From Chthoniobacterales bacterium (lineage in GTDB: Bacteria; Verrucomicrobiota; Verrucomicrobiia; Chthoniobacterales; Chthoniobacteraceae): 64,000 nt of DNA. Position numbers and translations under genes: made by a program. Below, piece by piece: positions 19,105 to 27,466 of the stretch. The notes under the pieces are model-generated. The model did not search any database, was not told where the DNA came from, and saw nothing but the letters and a program-made list of their open reading frames with translations. Positions within the stretch are counted from its first letter, which is position 1. Each line of letters opens with the position of its first letter. The DNA lies in assembly GCA_038207335.1 (NCBI GenBank), contig JBBQZX010000006.1, forward strand, positions 139,984 through 203,983, in the 5' to 3' direction.

Positions 19105-19221
19105 CAGCCCCAGCGGCGCCTGCAGGCTATGAAGATTGCGTGACGGAAATATAAGTGGCGCGATTTTTGCGGGAGGTGAGAGTGGCGCCCGCTTCCAAGC
19201 CTGCCGCTTTGTCTCCCCACC

Positions 19222-22200
19222 GTGAAACGAATCTTTCTGGCCGGCGTTTTCGCCGTCGCACTCCTCACTCTCTGGCTGCTCCTCTCACGCCCCGCTGAGC
19301 GCGAGGCCGAAACGGCTCCCGCGGAATCCCTCGCGCGCCGAAAGCTGCCGGCTTCGCCCGCTCCGGCACCATCGGAGCCCGTTGCGCCACCTGCGCCGGC
19401 GGTCACTCAGGCGCGTTCCGAGACGCTTCCCGCCGCTCCCGTGGAGGACACGCAACCGCCGGATTTGGAGAAGATCACGGCGTTTGGCGAGTGGACGGAG
19501 CGCTGGATTGCCGCGACGCCGGCGGCGCGCGAGGCGTTGAAAAACGAGGGGCGCATCCTGGCGGCGGCACGCCGGCCGGAGTTCAAACGGCTCATCAAAA
19601 GCGACCCGCGCCGGGCACTGGAGCTGTCAGTCGCGCGCGTCGTGCGGCAGGATCTTCCCGAGGAAATCGTCGCGCAGCTCGAGACGCCAGTCTCCGCGCA
19701 GGGAAATCTGAATGTCTATCTCGGCAAGCCCGCGCCCGGCGTGGTGCCGCCCGCGGGCACGGAGCTGACGCTGCGATATTTCGAGACAAAATCCGGCGCA
19801 AGCTACAAGGCGCGCGTTTTCGGGAAGCTCGAGCCGCTCATGGGACGCGAGGACATCCCGCTGCGCGGCGTGGCGATCGACCGCGAATTTGCCGTCGCGG
19901 AGTCGCCCGTGCGGCAGCTCGAAAACGGCGAGCGCATTCCGCAAGACGCAATCGTGGAGCAGACGTGCCCCGTTTCCAAAATCACGACGCCCGGCGGCGT
20001 GGACGAGCCGGTGACCGACGCGGAGCCCGCGGTGGAACTCGGTGGCCGGTTCATCCGGCTCTGCGACGGCTCGCATGTGCATGTGCTCGACGAGGAATAC
20101 ACCACGGCGATCATGGCGAGTGGGCCGGGCGGCGCGGGCTATTTTCAGGACGCGTATCCGGGCACGTCGTCGAAGGCCATTGGCAACTTTCGTTGCCTCT
20201 ACATCCGCGTCACTTACCCCGACCAGATCAAGGCTCCGAACACCGAGACGTCGGCCTATTCCGACATGCGGAATGTGGCGCGCTTTTATTTGGAGAGCTC
20301 GTTTGGCCGCATGACGACGACCTCCGCGGTTACGCCGCTGATCGTGATGCCGCATTCGCAGGCGTGGTACATCGCGAAGGATTCCGAGGTCGATGGACTC
20401 GGCCTCGTCCACAGCGATGCGCGCGCGGAGGCCCGCAGCCTCGGGTACGATTCCGGGCAGTTCACCTGCACGATCGTCCGCGTGAATGGCGGGCCGCGCC
20501 TGAGCGGCGTCTCGTGGGGCGGCGGCAACAGCGTGTGGGTTTCCTGGGACGGCATGGATGTGCTGAATCACGAGTGCGGCCACTCGCTCGGGCGCAATCA
20601 CGCAAATTTCTGGACGACCAGCGACGGCTCCGCGATCGGCGTCGGGACGAATTCGGAATACGGCAACACCTTCGACGTGATGGGCGGCGGCAGCGGCTTC
20701 GCGGCGCACTACAATACGATCAGCAAGCGCGCGCTCGGCTGGATCGACGACGCTTATCTACACCGGCCCGGCTCATCGCCCGCATCGAGCGGCATCTATC
20801 GCATTTACGCCTACGACCAGCCGCGGCTGGAGGAGGGGAAGCGCTACTCGCTCCGCGTGCAGAAAGATGCGCAGCGCACTTTTCATCTCGAATATCACCC
20901 CGCATACAACACGCAGCTCGCGAACTCCGTGCTGATGCTGATCGAGGGACTCGGCTCGAATTGCGGACATCTCATTGACACGACGCCCGGCAGCGCGGGC
21001 GGAAAAAACGACGGCGGCATACAGATCGGGCGGACATTCAGCGACTTCGAGTCGGACATTCATTTCACCGTGCTCGGGAAAAATGCGACGACTCCGCCGT
21101 CCATGGACGTGGCGTACATGCGCGGTCCGTTTCCCGGAAATCGCCCGCCGGCGGTGTCGCTCGCGGCCACCGCGACGGCGATCGCGACAGGTGGGAGCAT
21201 CACTTTCACCGCGAACGCGACCGATCCCGACGGCGACGCGCTCGCGTATCACTGGGACTTCAGCGACGGGTATGTGGCGACGAATTCCGCAGTGGTGACG
21301 CGCGCATTTTCCGCAGCGGATCAGCAGACGGTCTGCCTCACCGTTTCCGACACGAAAGGCGGCACGGCTCGCGCGCATGTGGTGGTGACGATCGGGTCGC
21401 CGAATCGCGCGGTCGTGACCGGCAAGGTCAGCAGCGGCGGGCAGCCCGTCGCAGGGGTGCGCATCGCGAGCGACACAAGCAAATACGCCTTCACCGACAG
21501 CAACGGCGACTACGCGATCGCCGGGCTCACCGCGGGCTCGCGCACGCTCACGGCGACGCTCACCGGATACACATTCAGCGCGGCGTTCACGAATCCGATG
21601 ACCGTCACCGTGAACACGACGACGCCCGGCGCGGACTGGACGGCGGGCAGCGTGCCCACCGTAACAATCACGGCGACGGATGCGAACGAGGGCGGTGCGA
21701 ACGGGTCGTTTGTGATCGCGCGCACCGGCGACACGAGCGCCGCGCTCGATGTTCTCGTCGAGCCCGCCAGCGGGCTAGCAACGAAGACCGCGGACTACAC
21801 TTTTTCCCCAGACTACGTGGCGAGCGGCTCGCTGAAAAAATTCACGATTCCCGCCGGGCAGGCGACGCTCACGGTCGTCGTAGCGGCGGTCGATGACGCG
21901 GCGCAGGAAGGGCCGGAGACGGTGCAGCTCCAGGCATCCGTCGGCGCGTATCAGGTGCGCGGGCAGGGCGTCGCGATCCTGACGATCAATGACAACGACA
22001 CGACGAAGCCGGTGGTGAGCATCGCCGCGACCGATCCGTATGCCACCGAGACGCCGGGCGACAGCGGCACATTTCTCATCAGCCGCACGGGTGCCACGAC
22101 TGCGGCGCTGAATGTCACGCTCGCCTACAGCGGCAGCGCCACGCGCGGCAGCGACTACCCGAGCCTCGCGACCACTTTCACGATCCCCGCCGGCCAGAGC

Positions 22201-25200
22201 AGCGCGCCGCTCAGTCTCGTCCCGATCGACGACACGCTCATCGAGACGCCGGAAACCGCGATCGCCGCGGTCTCCGCGAGCGGCAGCTACATCGTCGATG
22301 CAACCGCGAATGCGGCGACCGTGACGATCACCGACAACGACCTCGCGACCGTGAATGTGACGGCGATCCGCGACACGCTGCGCGAGGCGGGGCGCGAGCC
22401 CGGCGTGGTGCTCTTCACGCGGACGGGCAGCCTCGCCGCGCCGCTGAAGGTGTATTACGGGCTGAGCGGCAGCGCGCTGCACGGCACGGATTACATGGAG
22501 CTGCCGGGTGAAGTGACGATCCCCGCGGGCATGGCTTCGGCGCCTGTTTTCATCACGCCGATCGACGACGACATCGGCGAGATCGACGAGACGATCACCG
22601 TGCAGCTCACGCTTTTTGGCAGCGCGTACACGCTCGGGCCGGACTATTCCGCGACGCTCACGATCAAGGACAACGGCGACGTCCCGCTCATCACCGTCGG
22701 CGCGAATACCGCCGCCGAGCCGTCCACGAATGGAACGTTCACTTTCACTGCAAATGGCTCGGTGACGGGAAACATTATCGTCCGCTACACGCTCAGCGGC
22801 ACTGCGACGCCGGGCAGCGATTACACCGCGCCCAGCGGCAGCGTGACGATCTCAGGCAATGGCACGAAGACGGCGACCGTGAGCATTCCCGTGATCAACG
22901 ACGCCGCGCCGGAGGACACGGAAACCATCGTGCTCACGATCACGCCGGACCCCGCGTATAAAGTTTACAACGACGGCTCCGCGACGATGCGGATGACGGA
23001 CGACGACTCGGAGCGGATCGCACTTTCTACGCACAGCGCGGCGCTCGCGGAGCCGAGTTCAGCAAGTTCATTTTACCTCGGCCGAATTGGCAGCACCGGC
23101 GCGCTCGCGGTGAATTACACGATGTCCGGCACGGCGACAAATGGCGTCGATTACGCGATGCTCGGCGGAGTCGCGACGATTCCCGACGGCGCGACCGGCG
23201 TGGATGTGCCGGTCGCGCCCATCGACGACACGCTGGCCGAAGGCACCGAGACGGTGACGATGACGATCGCACCCGGCACCGGATACGGCGCGGATGTCGG
23301 CACGGCCACGCTGTATCTCGCCGACAACGATTCGTCCGCGATGGCGTCGGTCGGTTTCGAATCCGCGACCGGCACGACGAGCGAGACACCCGATCCGACG
23401 CTAGGAGAATATCGCGATATTCCCGTGACACTCAGCGCCGCGCAGCCTGGCACCGTGACCGCGGAATACAGCGCGGGCAGCGGCGGCAGCGCATTTGGCG
23501 ACGACGTGGATTGGGCGATCGTGGATGCGGCCGCGGGCAATGCCGTGATCGCGCGCGGCATCGTGACATTCCCGCCCGGCACCACGCTGCGATACGTCCG
23601 CATCCGCGTGAAAAACGACGGCGTCGTGGAGGGGAACGAAATCGCCGTGCTGGAGCTCCGCAATGTGAACGGCGCGCGACTTTCCACGTCGAGAAACAAG
23701 CACACGCTCACGATCACGGATGCGGAGAATCCGACACCGCGCGTCAGCTTCCTCGTCCCGGCGACGACGCGCAGCGAGGTCGATGGCAGCGAGCCGATGC
23801 TCATGGCCGTGCTCGATCGGGTGCTCACCACGAGCGTCTCCGTGAGCTACACGGTCGGCGGCACGGCGACGGCGGGGAGCGATTACTCGCTCGCGCCGGG
23901 CACGCTCACTTTCGCCCCCGGCGAGACGGTGAAGCCGCTGCCGCTCGTGATCCTGGCCGATACCGTGACGGAGACGGCGGAGACCATCGTCGTCACGCTC
24001 ACGAATCCGACAGGCGCGGAAATCGGCGCGAATCCGTCGCACACGATCACGCTCACCGAGGCAAATGTGCCGATCCTGACCATCGCTGCGACGACTCTCG
24101 CGACGATCGAGGGCGGGGCGGATGGCGCATTCATGATCACTCGCGGCAACGGCCTGGGGCTCGCGCTGACCGTCGCCTACACCGTCTCCGGCTCGGCTGT
24201 GAACGGCGTGGATTTCACGACGCTCTCCGGCACCGTCCAACTGCCCGCGGGACAGGCGAGCGTCGCGCTCCCGGTCTCGGCGATCGACGACACGACGCAG
24301 GAGCCGGACGAGACGGTGATCGTTACTCTCGTCGCGAGCCCCGATTATGCGCTCGGCACGCCCGCCACCGCGACCGTCACGATCTTCGACAACGACTCTC
24401 CGCCGGAACTCACGTTGCTCTCGCCGGAGCAGGACGCCGTGGCGATCCCGAGCGGAGTTGGTCTGCTCTGCCAGGTACTCGCGGAGCGCGCGACGCCGTC
24501 CGGCCCGGTGCAGCAGCCGGTGACTTGGTCGTTCGTCAGCGGCCCGGCGACCGCGGCGATCGAGTCGCCCGGCAGCTCGACAACGGGCGTCACTTTCCCA
24601 GCCGACGGACATTACATCATCCGCGCCTCATCCGGCAGCGGCTCGGCGATTGCGCGGAAAGATCTCAGCGTCAGCGTCGGCGTGGCGTTTTTCCCGACAC
24701 GCCAAATCGGAACGACGACCGCAGCGGGGAGTGCCGTGGAAAATACCGGCACTTTCACGCTCACCGGCGCGGGCTCGGGAATTAGCAGCACGGGGACGAG
24801 CGACGGATTCTATTTCGCATCGGCGCCGGTCACCGGGGATTTCGATGTGAAGTGCCGCGTCGTCAATTTTACGAATCCCGGCGGCAGCGGCTCCTGCCGC
24901 TTCGGGATCATGGCGCGCGATGGATTCGCCGCGAACGCGCTCTACGCGATGACCATGTTCAAGAGCACGGGCGTGCATGCATATCAGTACCGCACGGTGG
25001 CCGGGGCCACACCGGGCGCAAGCGCGGGGACGGCAGTTTACACGATGCCAAGCTGGCTGCGCCTCACGCGGACGGGCAACGTCTTCGCGGCCTACTACGG
25101 AACCGACGGCACGACATGGACGCTGCGCGGCACTGCGCAGACGATCGCGATGGGGCCGACCTGCCATCTCGGTCTCGCGCTCACGAGCGCCGTGTCGGCG

Positions 25201-25923
25201 ACCACCTCGACCGCGGTATTCGACAGCCTCGATTTTACTCCCGTGACGAACAACGGACCGTCCGTCGATGCCGGCCCGGCGCTCACCGGCAGCGGCCCGT
25301 GGACGACCGACGGCTCCGTGGCCGACGATGGCCGCCCGGCCGGCGGCTCGCTCACCAGCCTGTGGAGCACGCACGGCGGCGCGGGCACGGCGAACTTTGT
25401 CGATGCGACCCTCGCGGACACCGCGGTCACATTCCCCGCCAGCGGCAGCTACACGCTGCGCCTCACCGCGACGGACACGCACACCACCACGTACGACGAC
25501 ACGACGGCGAATGTCACCGCGCTCTCGCCCGTGGATGCGTGGCGCGCGGCGAAATTCGGCGCCGATGCGAACAATCCTGCAATCGCGGGGAACCTCGCCG
25601 ACCCCGACCACGACGGGCTCACGAACCTGATGGAATACGGCTTCAACCTGAACCCGCTCGCGCCCGATACGGCCGCGCAACTGCCCGCGCCGCATCTCGA
25701 GAGCGGGGTCCTGTCGATCGAATACCGGAGAAATCTGGCCGCCACCGATGTCACATTTTCCGTACTTGGCGGAGCCGAGATGCCGGTATCGCTGCCCATC
25801 GAAGTCAGCGAAGCCACACTCAGCGACGACGGCCAGACGCGAGTCATCCGCGCCACGCCGGTCACGCCGTCGCCCGGGGGGCAGTATTTCCTGCGCGTCT
25901 CGGTGAGCCTGACCAGTCCGTGA
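19222..25923 (+). CDS. Giant exported metallopeptidase-like protein with PKD, 8 Calx-beta units and a C-terminal DxDxDG…EY module
   Basis: N-terminal hydrophobic anchor, HECGHSLGRNH (HExxHxxGxxH), EYGNTFDVMG, PKD (DPDGDALAYHWDF), repeated ATxGxDY…TIPAG…DD…E..ET units and ADPDHDGLTNLMEY. Confidence 0.88.
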   Translation: MKRIFLAGVFAVALLTLWLLLSRPAEREAETAPAESLARRKLPASPAPAPSEPVAPPAPAVTQARSETLPAAPVEDTQPPDLEKITAFGEWTERWIAATPAAREALKNEGRILAAARRPEFKRLIKSDPRRALELSVARVVRQDLPEEIVAQLETPVSAQGNLNVYLGKPAPGVVPPAGTELTLRYFETKSGASYKARVFGKLEPLMGREDIPLRGVAIDREFAVAESPVRQLENGERIPQDAIVEQTCPVSKITTPGGVDEPVTDAEPAVELGGRFIRLCDGSHVHVLDEEYTTAIMASGPGGAGYFQDAYPGTSSKAIGNFRCLYIRVTYPDQIKAPNTETSAYSDMRNVARFYLESSFGRMTTTSAVTPLIVMPHSQAWYIAKDSEVDGLGLVHSDARAEARSLGYDSGQFTCTIVRVNGGPRLSGVSWGGGNSVWVSWDGMDVLNHECGHSLGRNHANFWTTSDGSAIGVGTNSEYGNTFDVMGGGSGFAAHYNTISKRALGWIDDAYLHRPGSSPASSGIYRIYAYDQPRLEEGKRYSLRVQKDAQRTFHLEYHPAYNTQLANSVLMLIEGLGSNCGHLIDTTPGSAGGKNDGGIQIGRTFSDFESDIHFTVLGKNATTPPSMDVAYMRGPFPGNRPPAVSLAATATAIATGGSITFTANATDPDGDALAYHWDFSDGYVATNSAVVTRAFSAADQQTVCLTVSDTKGGTARAHVVVTIGSPNRAVVTGKVSSGGQPVAGVRIASDTSKYAFTDSNGDYAIAGLTAGSRTLTATLTGYTFSAAFTNPMTVTVNTTTPGADWTAGSVPTVTITATDANEGGANGSFVIARTGDTSAALDVLVEPASGLATKTADYTFSPDYVASGSLKKFTIPAGQATLTVVVAAVDDAAQEGPETVQLQASVGAYQVRGQGVAILTINDNDTTKPVVSIAATDPYATETPGDSGTFLISRTGATTAALNVTLAYSGSATRGSDYPSLATTFTIPAGQSSAPLSLVPIDDTLIETPETAIAAVSASGSYIVDATANAATVTITDNDLATVNVTAIRDTLREAGREPGVVLFTRTGSLAAPLKVYYGLSGSALHGTDYMELPGEVTIPAGMASAPVFITPIDDDIGEIDETITVQLTLFGSAYTLGPDYSATLTIKDNGDVPLITVGANTAAEPSTNGTFTFTANGSVTGNIIVRYTLSGTATPGSDYTAPSGSVTISGNGTKTATVSIPVINDAAPEDTETIVLTITPDPAYKVYNDGSATMRMTDDDSERIALSTHSAALAEPSSASSFYLGRIGSTGALAVNYTMSGTATNGVDYAMLGGVATIPDGATGVDVPVAPIDDTLAEGTETVTMTIAPGTGYGADVGTATLYLADNDSSAMASVGFESATGTTSETPDPTLGEYRDIPVTLSAAQPGTVTAEYSAGSGGSAFGDDVDWAIVDAAAGNAVIARGIVTFPPGTTLRYVRIRVKNDGVVEGNEIAVLELRNVNGARLSTSRNKHTLTITDAENPTPRVSFLVPATTRSEVDGSEPMLMAVLDRVLTTSVSVSYTVGGTATAGSDYSLAPGTLTFAPGETVKPLPLVILADTVTETAETIVVTLTNPTGAEIGANPSHTITLTEANVPILTIAATTLATIEGGADGAFMITRGNGLGLALTVAYTVSGSAVNGVDFTTLSGTVQLPAGQASVALPVSAIDDTTQEPDETVIVTLVASPDYALGTPATATVTIFDNDSPPELTLLSPEQDAVAIPSGVGLLCQVLAERATPSGPVQQPVTWSFVSGPATAAIESPGSSTTGVTFPADGHYIIRASSGSGSAIARKDLSVSVGVAFFPTRQIGTTTAAGSAVENTGTFTLTGAGSGISSTGTSDGFYFASAPVTGDFDVKCRVVNFTNPGGSGSCRFGIMARDGFAANALYAMTMFKSTGVHAYQYRTVAGATPGASAGTAVYTMPSWLRLTRTGNVFAAYYGTDGTTWTLRGTAQTIAMGPTCHLGLALTSAVSATTSTAVFDSLDFTPVTNNGPSVDAGPALTGSGPWTTDGSVADDGRPAGGSLTSLWSTHGGAGTANFVDATLADTAVTFPASGSYTLRLTATDTHTTTYDDTTANVTALSPVDAWRAAKFGADANNPAIAGNLADPDHDGLTNLMEYGFNLNPLAPDTAAQLPAPHLESGVLSIEYRRNLAATDVTFSVLGGAEMPVSLPIEVSEATLSDDGQTRVIRATPVTPSPGGQYFLRVSVSLTSP
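21652..24396 (+). repeat. Eight tandem Calx-beta-like domain units within the giant protein
   Basis: The units end in TINDND, TITDND, TIKDNGD, RMTDDD, YLADND, TITDAE, TLTEAN and TIFDND. Boundaries are approximate. Confidence 0.8.
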
Positions 25924-25964
25924 TTCAATTACGGGCCGAAATCAGCGCCCATCGGGGAGCCGCT

Positions 25965-27461
25965 TCAGGCCTTGGCGAATAAATCCTGAACCGGTTTTCC
26001 GAGGCCGTCGCGGGTCACGTAAAATGGGCGCTGCTCGATCTCGTACGACTGCTTCGGTGAGATTCCCATCGCTTGAAAAATTGTCGCGTGCAGGTCCTCG
26101 ATCGGCACTGGATTCTCGACCGCTTTGCACGGTCGCTCATCCGCGGTGACGCCATACACATGCCCACGCTTCATTCCGCCGCCGAAGAGCAGCACGCTGC
26201 CGGCGTCCGTGAAATGCCGGTGCATTCCGTAGAATTTCGGATCCTCGAGACGCTCCGGCACGCGCACTTGGTCGCGCACTTTGGCGCTGCCTTTTCCCTC
26301 AATCATCATGTCGCGGCTGAACTCGCTCGCGAGGACGATAAGCGTGCGGTCGAGCATTCCGCGCTCTTCGAGATCGAGCACGAGTTGCGCGATCGGTGCA
26401 TCGATCATCTTCTTCATGTTCACGAGCCGTGCGTGGCCGTTCTCATGAGTGTCCCAATTCAGAAATGGGATGTATTCCGTGGTCACTTCGATGTAGCGCG
26501 CCCCTGCCTCCGCGAGTCGTCGCGCGAGAAGGCATCCGAGGCCGAATCTCCCGACCGTCTGCGCCTCGTAATTTCCGTCCCGCTCTTTTTTCACCGAGGT
26601 CAGTTTCGACGCGTCGAAGCCCGCTGGCAGATACTTCGCTACCGATGCCGCCGGTTCGAGCGAAAGGTCGAACGCTTTTGCCGCGGGCGACGCGAGCAGG
26701 CGGTGGGCATTGTCCATCGCGCGCACAAGCGACTCGCGCTGAAACGCGCTGCCATGCTCGCCGATCGGGCTCGCCTCCAGCAGCCGCTTGTAAAATTTGT
26801 TCCGATCCTCGAACCGCCCGGGCGACATGCCGGGCGGCGGGCGCACCGATGCGGCTGCGTCATCAGGGAAGGGGATGTTGAACGGCCCAAACTCGCTCCC
26901 GAGAAAACCCGCGGTCGTGAACGACTTTAACTCCTCGCCTTCGCCGAGATCGAATCGCTGTCCGATGTTGATGAATGGCGGCACCGCATCGTTCAGCGGG
27001 CCGAGAGTGCGCGCGATCACCGCGCCGAGATGTGGTGCCGCGACCGTCTGCGGAGGCACGTATCCCGTGTGCCATAGAAACTGGTGCCGCGAATGCAGAA
27101 TGAACCCGAGATCGGCTCCCACGCTTGATCGCAGGACGGTGCCACGATCCATCACAGCCCCGATTTTCTCGAGCCCCTCGGAAAATTTGATCCCATCCAC
27201 CGCTGTGTCGATCGCCGGAAAAGTGCTGAGCACGCCGTCCGGCTGCATCCCTTTTTCAAACGCGGTGTATCGCTTGGGATCAAACGTCTCCGTGTGCGCC
27301 ATGCCGCCCGCCATCCAGAGCACGATGACCGTGTCCGCAGTCGGCTCGATTTTCGGGAGCGGCTCCGCTCCGAAAAGTCGCGGTGCTCCCGCGCCCAAAG
27401 CGGCGAGCGTCGCCGCCGATGCGGTCTTTAGAAAATCGCGGCGGGAATGCGTTCGGTTCAT
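25965..27461 (-). CDS. DUF1501 family protein with Tat signal
   Basis: SRRDFLK Tat motif, VIVLWMAGGMAHTETFDPK, GCLLARRL, WDTH, ASEFSR and DLHATI; lies downstream of a PSD1 gene. Confidence 0.9.
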   Translation of the reverse strand: MNRTHSRRDFLKTASAATLAALGAGAPRLFGAEPLPKIEPTADTVIVLWMAGGMAHTETFDPKRYTAFEKGMQPDGVLSTFPAIDTAVDGIKFSEGLEKIGAVMDRGTVLRSSVGADLGFILHSRHQFLWHTGYVPPQTVAAPHLGAVIARTLGPLNDAVPPFINIGQRFDLGEGEELKSFTTAGFLGSEFGPFNIPFPDDAAASVRPPPGMSPGRFEDRNKFYKRLLEASPIGEHGSAFQRESLVRAMDNAHRLLASPAAKAFDLSLEPAASVAKYLPAGFDASKLTSVKKERDGNYEAQTVGRFGLGCLLARRLAEAGARYIEVTTEYIPFLNWDTHENGHARLVNMKKMIDAPIAQLVLDLEERGMLDRTLIVLASEFSRDMMIEGKGSAKVRDQVRVPERLEDPKFYGMHRHFTDAGSVLLFGGGMKRGHVYGVTADERPCKAVENPVPIEDLHATIFQAMGISPKQSYEIEQRPFYVTRDGLGKPVQDLFAKA

Positions 27462-27466
27462 GAGTG

